Of a DNA stretch of 64,000 nucleotides, positions 19,819-29,812 are shown piece by piece. Numbering within the stretch: position 1 is the first letter of the stretch; each line of letters starts with the position of its first letter. The notes below the pieces were generated by a model. It was not told the DNA's origin. It searched no databases and saw only the letters and a list, made by a program, of their open reading frames with translations. The position numbers and the translations under genes were made by a program. Source of the DNA: Deltaproteobacteria bacterium (lineage in GTDB: Bacteria; Myxococcota_A; Polyangia; Fen-1088); the NCBI GenBank assembly GCA_033763315.1, contig JANRKS010000032.1, forward strand, positions 352,001 through 416,000, read 5' to 3'.

Positions 19819-21573
19819 TTAACGCCGGGGCTTCGTCAAAACATAGTCGTCGAATGTCGCTTCAACACGGGTATCGCCCTGCAGAACGCCCAAATCTCTT
19901 GCCGGCAAGAACCACCAATCGGCTTCCTGCTTATGCTTCGCTACGTAGGCGTTGAAGTTGGCTTCGTCGACGTTGTTTAGGTTGTTGCGTAGCATCGGCG
20001 CCACGACAACGAACCCCGCGTCGACCAGGTTTTGCGACATGTGCTCGTCGCTTAGCACCATCTGCTTGGGGCCTACTTTGCCCAAGGCGGCCCGCAGGTC
20101 GTGGCCGGGACGCTCTTGCCACGCAGAGTTCCACGATCGCGCTTTCGTGGCGCCGCGCCAGGCGGGATAGACGAGGCCGCTCAAAATCGTTGTCGCGAAC
20201 ACGGTGCCCACGGCCCATCTTTCCACGGCCCCCGTTTGCTTCTCCCAAAGCGGCACCAGCCACGCAGGCGCCGTGAAGAACACCAGTTGCACGGAGAAAA
20301 ACAAGAAGCGATCCACGTCGGCTTTGGGCCACGGCCCCAAATGCATGCACACAGCGGCGCTGAAGCCCGCGACAAACGGCAGCAGGAGCAGACGTTGCGG
20401 CGACGAGCCGCGCCACGCAACGAAGCCGAAGCTGAGCGCGAAGACTGGCCCGAGCTCTTCAAACAACAGCTTGAGGGCTTGCCAAGAAAGCAGCGGCAGG
20501 CCCGCGTGCGCCGTCTTCCAATAAGGCAGCGTCAAGGGCCAAGCGAAGCCCGGCTGAGGGCGGAAAACGATTTCCGGATCCATCGTTGTCTTTGGCCAGA
20601 ACACCTGCGCGTCCCATACGCCGTATGACAACGAAGCGATGGCCGCGATGACGGCAGGCCACGGTAACCGTCCACACACGACGAGAGGCAGAGCCAAAAC
20701 GCCAACAAACAAGAGCATCTCTTCGCTGGCGTGAGGCAAAAGCCACAGCGCCGGTAACGCAAGACATAACTGTGGCCGCGCGAGCGCGTGGCGTTTGGCA
20801 TAGGGGAGTAAAATCGCGATCACGAACGAGCCCAGGGCGTGGCTGAGCGCCATCGGCCGCCGGCGTAGCAGATCGGGATAAACTTGCGCCATGCGGCCGT
20901 GCAGACCCATCATGCCTTCATCAAACAACCGCACGAACGTGGGCCCAAATGCCAGTAGGAAGAAGACGATTGCCCAAACGCGGACGGTGGCGTGGCTCCA
21001 CACTTCGCGGGCCGCGGCCTGCAAGTTCAGCACGATGACGAGCAGCAAGGCGACGCTGACAATGTCCATGCCCAGCTCAAAATCGACTGGCAGCGCATGC
21101 ACGATGACCGCCACCAGCGCGTCATAAAGCCCGTGGTAGGGCAGGGGCACGTGTGGCGCGTTCGAGGCTGTAGGCGGAATGTTCCCGCGCAGATAGGACG
21201 AAATAACAAAGTTGTGGCACGCGGAGTCTGCGAGCGGAATCAGCAACACGAAGGCTGCCACGAAAATGACGCTGGCCACTTCGAGCTTCGACCAAGGCGG
21301 CTCCCTCAGGGTGCGTTTGCTTGTTCGTGCGGCAAAACCACACGCTGTGGCTTGCAAGGCCACCGCAAAGCCACACATGGCTGCGAATGAATGGAACGCT
21401 TCGCCCAGTTTGAGGCCAACGACGGCCAAGCTGAGCATGAACGCGGGCGCCAGCTTGACGCCGTGTCGTCCGAGGTAAAAAACAATGCGGCGCGCGCGGA
21501 CGAAATGCACGGCCCAAGCCGCGAAGATTAACGTCACGGCCGCCATAGCGGTACTGACGGTGCCGGCGGGCAT
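19819..21573 (-). CDS. polytopic membrane protein, possibly GT-C-type glycosyltransferase
   Basis: More than 10 hydrophobic segments, periplasmic loop 'GNIPP...LPYHGLYDAL', soluble C-terminal domain. Function inferred. Confidence 0.55.
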   Translation of the reverse strand: MPAGTVSTAMAAVTLIFAAWAVHFVRARRIVFYLGRHGVKLAPAFMLSLAVVGLKLGEAFHSFAAMCGFAVALQATACGFAARTSKRTLREPPWSKLEVASVIFVAAFVLLIPLADSACHNFVISSYLRGNIPPTASNAPHVPLPYHGLYDALVAVIVHALPVDFELGMDIVSVALLLVIVLNLQAAAREVWSHATVRVWAIVFFLLAFGPTFVRLFDEGMMGLHGRMAQVYPDLLRRRPMALSHALGSFVIAILLPYAKRHALARPQLCLALPALWLLPHASEEMLLFVGVLALPLVVCGRLPWPAVIAAIASLSYGVWDAQVFWPKTTMDPEIVFRPQPGFAWPLTLPYWKTAHAGLPLLSWQALKLLFEELGPVFALSFGFVAWRGSSPQRLLLLPFVAGFSAAVCMHLGPWPKADVDRFLFFSVQLVFFTAPAWLVPLWEKQTGAVERWAVGTVFATTILSGLVYPAWRGATKARSWNSAWQERPGHDLRAALGKVGPKQMVLSDEHMSQNLVDAGFVVVAPMLRNNLNNVDEANFNAYVAKHKQEADWWFLPARDLGVLQGDTRVEATFDDYVLTKPRR

Positions 21574-21618
21574 CGACGAAGCGTAATCGGCCGTTCATGC
21601 TTTTCGCAAGGAAGCGCG

Positions 21619-22695
21619 ATGACGATTTGCAAAGGTTTTTTCGAGCTCTTGCGGCCGCTGGTGTGTGGCGGGTGGGGCTTGGCCATGGTGGCTTGCACAA
21701 GCGACGATGGCTTGAACCTTGAGCGTGAGCCGTTGATCAACGAGATCTTTGAGCGCGAGGGCGCGATGTCGATGTCCGCCATGCTGGGGGAAGGCGAGCC
21801 GCCGCTTGAGCACGAAGAAGGCATCGAAGACGACAACTGGAGCGACATCGAGGATTTGGATTCGCTCGATCGCTTGGTGCTGCCTGCGGATCTGGGTTTG
21901 ACGAGCGAAGCGTATCTCTTTCACGCCGCCAAGCCGAAGCAGCGTTTGTTCATTTACCACCAAGGCCACGACGGAAACTTCATCAAGGGCAAAGACCCCA
22001 TCGCGACGTTGCTGTCTTGGGGTTACGACGTGTTGGCGTTTGACATGCCGCTGATCGGCGCGAACAAGTCACCGGAGCCCCTTGAAATTGAGGGCATTGC
22101 CATCAGCGATCATGACGATTTCGTGGCGCTTGAACGCGCAAACCTGCCGATCATGCGTTTGTTCTTTGCGCCTATCCTTTCGGGCTTGGACTACGTCATG
22201 GAGCGGTACGAATACAAGTCTGTGGACATGCTGGGCATATCGGGTGGAGGGTGGACCACACATCTATACGCGGCGATGGACACACGCATTCGCCGCAGTT
22301 ACCCCGTGGCGGGCGCCATACCTTTGGACTTGCGCACGCGTGGCTCTGACGTGGGGGATTTCGAACAACGTGCGGCGCGCCCACTTTACGACGACGTTTC
22401 GTATGAAGAGATTTTTGCGATGGCGTCGCTGGGCAACGATGATCCCGAGCGCCGCCAAGTCCAGATCTTAAACTACGATGATCCGTGCTGCTTCTGGGTG
22501 CACGATCGCGAGCAAGAGATTCGCGCCTACGAATCGCGTGTGCGCCAGGCCCTGCAGAAGGACGGCCATAGCCCCGACGGATTCAAGGTGCTGTTCGACA
22601 CCAGCCACAAGATGCACTTCATCTCGCCGTGGACGATGGAGGCCATTTCACGCGATCTGCCGGCTTCGGACAACGACGAAGACGCGGCCGAGTGA
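21619..22695 (+). CDS. alpha/beta-hydrolase lipoprotein
   Basis: Lipobox 'MVAC', nucleophile elbow 'GISGGG', 'YHQGH', 'DPCCF', C-terminal His. Confidence 0.7.
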   Translation: MTICKGFFELLRPLVCGGWGLAMVACTSDDGLNLEREPLINEIFEREGAMSMSAMLGEGEPPLEHEEGIEDDNWSDIEDLDSLDRLVLPADLGLTSEAYLFHAAKPKQRLFIYHQGHDGNFIKGKDPIATLLSWGYDVLAFDMPLIGANKSPEPLEIEGIAISDHDDFVALERANLPIMRLFFAPILSGLDYVMERYEYKSVDMLGISGGGWTTHLYAAMDTRIRRSYPVAGAIPLDLRTRGSDVGDFEQRAARPLYDDVSYEEIFAMASLGNDDPERRQVQILNYDDPCCFWVHDREQEIRAYESRVRQALQKDGHSPDGFKVLFDTSHKMHFISPWTMEAISRDLPASDNDEDAAE

Positions 22696-22698
22696 CGC

Positions 22699-25194
22699 TT
22701 ACCCCTTGCCCTTCGGGGCGGGCTTGCCGGCGTCTTCCGCTTTGACCTCTTCCATCGACGTGCGCAATGTTCCGCCCGTGTCAGACTTTTTCACGCCCGG
22801 CGGGCGCTCCCACGGGATCTCTTCCAGCGGCTGATCGGCTTTGGCTTCAAACAGAAACCGCGCTGACATAGGCACGGTGAGCATGAATGAGGCGTCTTTG
22901 CGGCCCAGCGGCCGTTCGCGCAAATCGTCGCCAATCCACGTGGTCAACATCCAGCGCGACGTGTAGCCAATGAACCACGCGTCCATGGTGGCGCTGGACG
23001 TACCCGTTTTGCCAGCAAAGGGGATCTGCGTGGCACGCATCGCAGGCGCATGGCCGTTGGTCACCACGTGCCGCAACAGTTGTGATGTGAGCCATGCCGT
23101 GCGGGGTGGAATCACGGGCTGGGGCGCGGGGGTGGTTGCCAGCGCCACCAAGCGATCCAACCGATCCGCGGGCGTGCCCATCGGATCGCCAATCTCGGTG
23201 TTGTCTTCTAGAAGCACGCCTTGGCGGTTGTGCACGCGGCGAATGTAAACGGGATCCACCAACAGGCCGTTGCGCGCGAAGGCCGAGAACGCACGCGTTG
23301 ATTCGTCGATGCGTGCACACGAGGCGCCCAGGGCCAAGGCTTGATCCGGGATGATGGGCGTTGTGAAGCCCAGTTTGCGGGCCCACGCTTCCACTTCGTG
23401 TCCACCCACAAGCTTGAATAGCTGCACTGACGGCACATTCTTCGACCAGATCAGCGCGTATTCCAGCGTGACCTGGTATTCGGATGTGTTGTTCAAGTTG
23501 GTCGGCGTCCACACTTCACCCGTGATCGGATCCACTTCGGCGCGCGGAATGTCGTTCAACAGCGATGCGTATCCGTAGCCTTGATCCAACGCCAACGAAT
23601 AATAGACGGGCTTATAGGTTGAGCCGGGTTGCCGGCAAGCCTGCACCACGCGGTTGAACTGCGAGCGATCCGCATCATGCCCGCCCACCATGCTGATCAC
23701 GTAGCCACTGTGGTGGTCATACGCAAACAAGGCCGCTTGCGCTTTGGGCAACTGCTCAAGTTGCAACTTCGGGGGGCCTTTGGGCGGGGGCTTGTCTTTA
23801 TAGGAGGCAACGTAGCGAACCTCGAACTTTTCGTCGTACGTCCAATCGCCCCAGCGTTTCGTTGAGCTGTGATGCGCGTTTGAAACCCACACCACATCAC
23901 CCTTACGGATGGGCTGCGCCCCGTCTGCCAAAGGTACGTCGTTGTCGAAGTTGCGTGTGCTGTAAGGCGAGGCCCACGCAAAGCCGGCGCGTGGCAACTC
24001 ATAAGTCTTCGTGCCGATCAACACTTTGGCGCCCGAGGGCGACGCCGATTCCACGAGACCCAAATACAAACGATCTTCTTGCAGCGGTACCTCGCCATAT
24101 CGTTCGGCAGAGCGCGCGCGAAAACGCTCAACCGCTTCACCCGCCAGGCGCGCCACCGGGCCACGGTAACCTTGCCGCTTGTCGAGTTTGCGCAGCGAAA
24201 AGTCGGCGTTTTCTTGCGCCACCGCATCCACCCACGGCACCAGCGTTGTTTCTACCTGCAAGCCCGCGCGCCACAACTGCTGCTCGCCGTAGCGTGCGAT
24301 CACGTCGCGGCGGACGTGTTCAGAAAAATACGGCGAACGATCGTGGAAGATGTCCGGTGCAGGGTGTGTGACGATGGGGTGCGCCTTTTGTTTTGTCGCT
24401 TCGTCTTCCGAAATGAAATGCGCGGCAACAAGCGCATCAAGCACGTGGTCACGACGCGTGCGCGCCAAATCAACGCGCAAAAACGGCGAAAAGCGGCTGG
24501 GCGCGCCTGCCAGCCCCGCGATGAGCGCCATCTCGCCGACGTCTAACTCAGACAATGATTTATCAAAATAACGGCGGGCCGCGGCGGCCACGCCATAGGA
24601 TCCGTGACCCAAAAAGATCTGGTTCAGGTAAAGCGTTAAGATCTCGTCTTTGCTGTTATGGGCTTCCAAACGCCGCGACAAGATGGCTTCGCGGATCTTG
24701 CGCGTGATGGTGCGCTCTGTGGAAAGGAATGACTTGGCCACCTGTTGCGTGATTGTTGATCCACCCTGTGCGACGCGATCGGCGCGCAGGTTCGCCAGCG
24801 TGGCCCGCAAGATGCCGCGGTAATCGATGCCACCGTGCTCATAAAAGCGCCGATCTTCCACCGCCAAGAACGCCGACACCAAGGGCTTTGGGATCGCCCG
24901 CAAAGGCACAATCTCGCGGTACTCCTGCGCCCATTCGGCCAGCGGTGTGCCATCCCAGCCACGCACCACCGTGGTGGCCGCGGCATCATGCTCAAACCGA
25001 GACAGGTCCGGCGTGGGCGGCAGCGTGTTCGCGAAGTAAACGTAAGCCGCGAGGCCGCCTAACAGCGCCAGCCCCGCCAGGCAGCACAAACCAAACGCGT
25101 AGAACTTCAGCAGCCAATAAAAAAAGCCGCCATCGGCCGGGTTGGAGATCTCAACGCGGCCGACGCCTGGTTGGTTATGACGAGGCCATTGCAC
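22699..25194 (-). CDS. class A penicillin-binding protein 1A
   Basis: Transglycosylase motifs 'EDRRFYEHGG', 'GGSTITQQ', 'RKIRE'; transpeptidase motifs 'GSTYK', 'SKN', 'KTGT'. Confidence 0.93.
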   Translation of the reverse strand: MQWPRHNQPGVGRVEISNPADGGFFYWLLKFYAFGLCCLAGLALLGGLAAYVYFANTLPPTPDLSRFEHDAAATTVVRGWDGTPLAEWAQEYREIVPLRAIPKPLVSAFLAVEDRRFYEHGGIDYRGILRATLANLRADRVAQGGSTITQQVAKSFLSTERTITRKIREAILSRRLEAHNSKDEILTLYLNQIFLGHGSYGVAAAARRYFDKSLSELDVGEMALIAGLAGAPSRFSPFLRVDLARTRRDHVLDALVAAHFISEDEATKQKAHPIVTHPAPDIFHDRSPYFSEHVRRDVIARYGEQQLWRAGLQVETTLVPWVDAVAQENADFSLRKLDKRQGYRGPVARLAGEAVERFRARSAERYGEVPLQEDRLYLGLVESASPSGAKVLIGTKTYELPRAGFAWASPYSTRNFDNDVPLADGAQPIRKGDVVWVSNAHHSSTKRWGDWTYDEKFEVRYVASYKDKPPPKGPPKLQLEQLPKAQAALFAYDHHSGYVISMVGGHDADRSQFNRVVQACRQPGSTYKPVYYSLALDQGYGYASLLNDIPRAEVDPITGEVWTPTNLNNTSEYQVTLEYALIWSKNVPSVQLFKLVGGHEVEAWARKLGFTTPIIPDQALALGASCARIDESTRAFSAFARNGLLVDPVYIRRVHNRQGVLLEDNTEIGDPMGTPADRLDRLVALATTPAPQPVIPPRTAWLTSQLLRHVVTNGHAPAMRATQIPFAGKTGTSSATMDAWFIGYTSRWMLTTWIGDDLRERPLGRKDASFMLTVPMSARFLFEAKADQPLEEIPWERPPGVKKSDTGGTLRTSMEEVKAEDAGKPAPKGKG

Positions 25195-25265
25195 GGAGGC
25201 ACGAATCTAACACCGGGCGGGCGGTTGCGCCGACCCCGGCCGCTAAGTTGCCGGTCCTTTGCCGC

Positions 25266-25310
25266 AAAAAACAGAACGGGGGAGTCGCGTAACACGTCTC
25301 CCCCGTTTTG
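25266..25310 (-). terminator. intrinsic terminator downstream of tpx
   Basis: Stem cagaacgggggag / ctcccccgttttg followed on the minus strand by a U-tract (aaaaaa at 25266-25271). Confidence 0.75.
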
Positions 25311-25356
25311 AAAGCGACCACGAAGCTATGCTTCTGGGCGCGGTGTGACATTGGGA

Positions 25357-25854
25357 TTATCCCAGCGCGGCCAGGGCCTTGTCGTAGTCAGGTTCGGTCG
25401 TGATTTCGGGCACGAGCTGCGAGTAGATGACCTTGTTGTTCTCGTCGAGCACCACCACAGAGCGGGCCAACAAGCCTTTGAGCGGCGTATCCAACAGCTG
25501 CACGCCCCAGTCCTTATCGAAGTTGCTGCGGAAGGCGGAAAGGCTAACCACGTTGGTGATGCCTTCAGCTTCGCAGAAGCGCTTTTGAGCGAAGGGCAGA
25601 TCCTTCGAAATCACGAGCACCACCGCATCCGCGCGGCTGCCCACCATCTGGTTAAACTTGCGCGTGGAGGTGGCGCAAACACCCGTGTCCAGGCTGGGCA
25701 CGATGTTAAGCACCTTCTTTTTCCCTTGGTACGCGTCCAGCGTCACTTCTTCAAGCGTGCGGCTGACAAGAGACACGCCCGGCGCCACCTGCCCGACCCC
25801 GGGGAGCTCGCCACTGGTGTGGGCGGGGTTCCCTTTGAACGTCACATTAGCCAT
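25357..25854 (-). CDS. tpx: thiol peroxidase Tpx
   Basis: 'VPSLDTGVCATSTRKFN', 'SKDLPFAQKRFC', 'EPDYDKAL'. Confidence 0.95.
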   Translation of the reverse strand: MANVTFKGNPAHTSGELPGVGQVAPGVSLVSRTLEEVTLDAYQGKKKVLNIVPSLDTGVCATSTRKFNQMVGSRADAVVLVISKDLPFAQKRFCEAEGITNVVSLSAFRSNFDKDWGVQLLDTPLKGLLARSVVVLDENNKVIYSQLVPEITTEPDYDKALAALG

Positions 25855-25989
25855 TGAAGTCTCTCCTCGTATGTTGTTGCGGTTGCCGAATTTGTTGCCG
25901 CTTCATACAAACTGAGGCCGCCCTGCGCTAGCCAAGCGCCTCGGATTGCCGCTCGGGGGCCAAGACGTTCGCGGCCCCGGCATGGTAGT

Positions 25990-27033
25990 TTGCCGGCCGT
26001 GCCCACCCTCATCGAAGGCCCGTACTTTCGTGACATAGCTGCACAGCCACAGGCGCTGCAGGCCACCTGGCAATCGCTGGTGCCTTCGCAATCGCTCCTT
26101 GAGTGGGGCAAAGCGCTGATGGCCTCGCAGGCGCCGCTTGTGCTCACGGGCATGGGCGCTTCGCTGTCAGCCTTGGTGCCGCTGCAGTTGAAGCTGATCG
26201 AAGCGGGCCTGTGCCCCGTGTTGATTGAGACGAGCGAGCTGATTCACCACGCGTGGCCCCTGGTTCGTCCTGGCGCGACGGTGATTGCGGTTTCGCAATC
26301 GGGACGCAGCGCCGAAACGGTTCGCCTCCTTGAGCGCGTGCCCGCGGGTGTGCGGTTGATTGGTGTGACCAATGACGCCACGTCTGATTTGGCCACGCGT
26401 GCCTCCCTGGCCCTTGTCACGAGCGCCGGGCCCGAGGCCACGGTTTCGTGCAAGACGTACGTGAGCACGCTGATGGCGCTTGAGTGGTTGGGCGCGCAGT
26501 TGGTCAATGAGGATCTGCAAGTGGCACACGAAGAGTTGGCGCAGGCTTCACCGCTGGTGGCGACCGTTGTGGGCAGCCTGCGCGAACGCGTCGACGCGCT
26601 TACGGCCATCTTGGTGGACACCGCCTTGATCTATTTCGCTGGCCGTGGCGCTTCGTTAGGATCGGCAACCTGCGCAGGCCTCATCACAAAAGAGGCCGTG
26701 CACTTTCCGGCGGAAGGGCTATCGAGCGCCGCCTTTCGCCACGGACCGCTTGAAATGGTGGGGCCCCAAGTGTTTTTGGTTGTGTTCGAGGGCACAGGGG
26801 ATGCCGCGGCGTTGAACAAAAACCTGGTGGGCGAAGTGGTGCGGCGAGGGGGCCGCGCCGCTTTGTGTGGCCCAAACGGTGAGGGCCCGTTTGCGTTGCC
26901 CGCGGGCGCCGCGCGGCTTTTGCCGATGCTTGAGATCCTGGTGGCGCAGCAGATCACTTTGGCGCTGTCGGCGCGGGTGGGGCGCGAGGCCGGCAAATTT
27001 AGCCACGCATCCAAGATCACGGCCGTTGAATAG
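25990..27033 (+). CDS. double SIS-domain sugar-phosphate isomerase/deaminase (GlmS C-terminal/AgaS/FrlB-like)
   Basis: 'DIAAQP', 'TGMGAS', 'SQSGRSAET', 'LITKEA', 'FRHGPLE', 'SKITAVE'; no glutaminase domain. Confidence 0.8.
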   Translation: MPAVPTLIEGPYFRDIAAQPQALQATWQSLVPSQSLLEWGKALMASQAPLVLTGMGASLSALVPLQLKLIEAGLCPVLIETSELIHHAWPLVRPGATVIAVSQSGRSAETVRLLERVPAGVRLIGVTNDATSDLATRASLALVTSAGPEATVSCKTYVSTLMALEWLGAQLVNEDLQVAHEELAQASPLVATVVGSLRERVDALTAILVDTALIYFAGRGASLGSATCAGLITKEAVHFPAEGLSSAAFRHGPLEMVGPQVFLVVFEGTGDAAALNKNLVGEVVRRGGRAALCGPNGEGPFALPAGAARLLPMLEILVAQQITLALSARVGREAGKFSHASKITAVE

Positions 27034-27044
27034 CGATAGACAGG

Positions 27045-27764
27045 TTGCTGACATACCTCGATCCACAGCCCACGGCGCTTGAGCTGCCGCGGTGTTTGCC
27101 AAATCCGTTTGCCTCGCAGCCGCACCTCGTGGCGCGGCGTGCGGCCGAGCACTTGCAACAACAACTGCAGACAGGTCTGCTGCCGAGCGACGCGTTCACG
27201 TGTAAGCGTGGCGGCAAGATGTTGGGTGTGCTTGTGGTGGCCGATGCCCGTGGCAACGTTGGTTACACGAAAAGCTTTTCGGGCATGATGCAAAAGTCAT
27301 GGCACGTGCCAGGCTTTGTGGGCCCCGTGTTCGACGCGGCCGCGCGCGACGCCGTATGGCCGGCGGGCTTGGCAAGCTTGGCAGCGTTTGATCGGCGGCT
27401 GCTGCAACTCACAGAGCCTAACGATGTGCTGACACTCAAGCGGCAAAAGGCCGATTGCTCGCGCGCGCTGCTTGAACACTTGTTTGCGGGTTACCAGTTT
27501 AAGAACGCGCGCGACGAAATCCGGTCTCTGCGTCACATCTTTGCGCCGCAAGCCCCGCCAGGCGGCGCGGGCGATTGTGCCGCGCCAAAACTGTTCAAAC
27601 ACGCGCTTGCTCATAGTTTGCGGCCGATCGCCCTGGCCGAGTTTTGGTGGGGCGCGGTCGTGGGCGCGCGCGGCCGCGTGCCAGGCGGTTATTACCCGGC
27701 CTGTGACGACAAATGTGGTCCTGTGCTTGGCCACATGTTGCAAGGGATCACGATGAGCCCTTAA
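27045..27764 (+). CDS. stand-alone N-terminal domain of long RluA-type pseudouridine synthases (no catalytic domain)
   Basis: 'GKMLGVLVV...SFSG...FVGPVFD...PPGGAGDCAAPKL...LAEFWWG...YYPACDDKCGPVLGHMLQG'; no HRLD motif. Confidence 0.7.
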   Translation: MLTYLDPQPTALELPRCLPNPFASQPHLVARRAAEHLQQQLQTGLLPSDAFTCKRGGKMLGVLVVADARGNVGYTKSFSGMMQKSWHVPGFVGPVFDAAARDAVWPAGLASLAAFDRRLLQLTEPNDVLTLKRQKADCSRALLEHLFAGYQFKNARDEIRSLRHIFAPQAPPGGAGDCAAPKLFKHALAHSLRPIALAEFWWGAVVGARGRVPGGYYPACDDKCGPVLGHMLQGITMSP

Positions 27765-29029
27765 GCGGAAGCGGGAAGCGTGACGATAAACCGGCTGCCG
27801 CCCCCTTCGCGTGCCGCATAAACCACGTCGCCGTTGTGGTAGCGCGCCACCTGCCTCACCAAAGCCAAACCAAGGCCCGTGCCAGGTGATGGTTCCGAGC
27901 GCCGCGGCCTGTAAAACGGTGCGAATATTTTGTCGCGCTCCGCCGCCGGCACGCCAGGCCCACGATCCTCGACCGTCAGAACCACCTGGTTGTTTTCCTC
28001 TACGAGTGACGCGCGTACGTCTTTGCCTTGCCCGTGGGCGACGGCGTTTTCGAGAAGATTGCGCACGAGGTGCCGCAGCATTGAGGCGTCGCCCGCGAGC
28101 ATAACGGCTCCCGCCACCGGGCCCTCATACACAGCGTGGCAGCGCTCGGCTTCTGACTGCACCACGGTGCACACGTCCACGGATTCAAACGGCCGTCGGT
28201 GCGCCTGCGCGTCGGCGCGCGAAACCAGCAACACGTCTTCCACAAGTGCGTCCAATTCAACAATGTCTTGCGTGGCCCGTTCGATGAGGCGCTGGCGATC
28301 GGCAACGTCCGTTGATTCGCCGATCAATTCAAGCGCCATGCGCAAGCGGGTGAGCGGCGAACGCAATTCGTGCGAGGCATTCGCCAACATTTCGCGCTGC
28401 TGTGTGATCAACGATTCGATGCGCGCCGCCGCTTGATTAAATGATTGAGTCACACGTGCCACTTCGTCTTTGCCATCCACGTGCAGCCGCGAGTTAAGTT
28501 CGCCTTGCCCCCAGCGCTTGACGCCCGCATCCAGCGCTTCAAGCCGCCGCGTGATCGTGCGTGCGATGGGGTAACAACCCAGGGCCATTCCCAGCGCCAC
28601 GATCAACAGCACCATGCCCATGTGAGGCGCAGGGTTGTGCCGGCCGCGCTCACGAATCGCCACGCGCGCGCCCCGATCCAGCTCAACCACGAAACCAAGC
28701 TCGCCTTTGTGGCGAAACCAGCCGGGCCGCAATTCAGGTTGTGTTGGCCACGCGTCTTTGGCCGCGTTGCCCAGCACGCGTCCGTCGGGGGCCATCACCA
28801 AAATGTCCACGCCCAACTCACCGGCCAAGCGGCGCAGGCTCTGCTCGAAATCTGGGGAGCGGGGCGGCGGCAAACCACGCATCGCCATGCGCGCCGCGGA
28901 TCGCAAATACCGCGCAGGAGGGCCGCCAGGCTCGTTAAAGGATCGAAATGCCATGCCGGCCGCAAACAGGCACGCCACCGTGACCGCCATGAAGGCGACG
29001 TAAAGCTGCAAGTAAAGCCGACGATTCAC
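27761..29029 (-). CDS. HAMP-domain sensor histidine kinase (CpxA-like)
   Basis: Two TM helices, HAMP, H-box 'SHELRSPLTRL', N-box 'NLLENA', 'DRGPG', 'GTGLGL'. Confidence 0.92.
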   Translation of the reverse strand: MNRRLYLQLYVAFMAVTVACLFAAGMAFRSFNEPGGPPARYLRSAARMAMRGLPPPRSPDFEQSLRRLAGELGVDILVMAPDGRVLGNAAKDAWPTQPELRPGWFRHKGELGFVVELDRGARVAIRERGRHNPAPHMGMVLLIVALGMALGCYPIARTITRRLEALDAGVKRWGQGELNSRLHVDGKDEVARVTQSFNQAAARIESLITQQREMLANASHELRSPLTRLRMALELIGESTDVADRQRLIERATQDIVELDALVEDVLLVSRADAQAHRRPFESVDVCTVVQSEAERCHAVYEGPVAGAVMLAGDASMLRHLVRNLLENAVAHGQGKDVRASLVEENNQVVLTVEDRGPGVPAAERDKIFAPFYRPRRSEPSPGTGLGLALVRQVARYHNGDVVYAAREGGGSRFIVTLPASA

Positions 29030-29733
29030 GTGGGCTCTCCCCGCCGTGGGGGCGAGAACACATAACCGGCGCCCCGCACAGTTTGAACAAAGCGAGGCTG
29101 CTTTGGATCTTCTTCAATCGCGCTGCGAATGCGCGAGATGTGCACGTCGATGCTGCGATCCACGCTGCTGTCAAAATCACCTGCGCCCAAGGCTTCCATG
29201 ATCTGTTCGCGGCTTTGCACGCGCCCCGCGCGTTCGGCCAACAACCACAAAAGGTCGAATTGCCGGCCCGTGAGATCCGCGCGCTGATCGTTGACGAGCA
29301 CAGCGCGTGCGTCCTTATCGATCACCAAGCGGCCAAACCGCAGGACTGTGCCTTCAGTTTTGGCGCTGCCCCGCGTACGCCGCAACACGGCGGTCAGCCG
29401 CGCCAGCAACTCGCGCGGGTTGAACGGTTTGGGCAAATAATCGTCGGCGCCAAGTTCGAGGCCCACGATGCGATCCAGATCGTCGCCTCGTGCGGTTAAC
29501 ATCAGGATGGGCACTTGGCTGTGGGCACGCACTTGCCGGCACACCTCGAAGCCATCGATGCCTGGCATCATGACGTCCAAAATCACGGCGTCGAATCTTC
29601 CTGTGAGTGCCGCCGCCAAGCCGTCTTTCCCATTCGCCCTGTGTGAAGCTTCGAAGCCTCGGCCCCGCAGATACACCAGCAACATCTCGGCCAAGCGTTC
29701 GTCGTCGTCGACCAATAAGATGTGTTCGGCCAT
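29026..29733 (-). CDS. OmpR-family response regulator (CpxR-like)
   Basis: 'LVDDD', 'LDVMMP', 'GADDYLPKPFNPRELLAR'; winged helix 'DRSIDVHISRIR...TVRGAGY'. Confidence 0.93.
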   Translation of the reverse strand: MAEHILLVDDDERLAEMLLVYLRGRGFEASHRANGKDGLAAALTGRFDAVILDVMMPGIDGFEVCRQVRAHSQVPILMLTARGDDLDRIVGLELGADDYLPKPFNPRELLARLTAVLRRTRGSAKTEGTVLRFGRLVIDKDARAVLVNDQRADLTGRQFDLLWLLAERAGRVQSREQIMEALGAGDFDSSVDRSIDVHISRIRSAIEEDPKQPRFVQTVRGAGYVFSPPRRGEPT

Positions 29734-29761
29734 GGCGTGTGAAGTTTCTATAAGGATGCCA

Positions 29762-29801
29762 CCGTGGCAAGAGCGCTATCGTAACCCAGCTCTTGCCACG
29801 G
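29762..29801. other. perfect 13-bp inverted repeat between spy/cpxP-like gene and response regulator
   Basis: ccgtggcaagagc-N14-gctcttgccacgg; no U-tract. Confidence 0.7.
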
Positions 29802-29812
29802 CACGAACGTGG

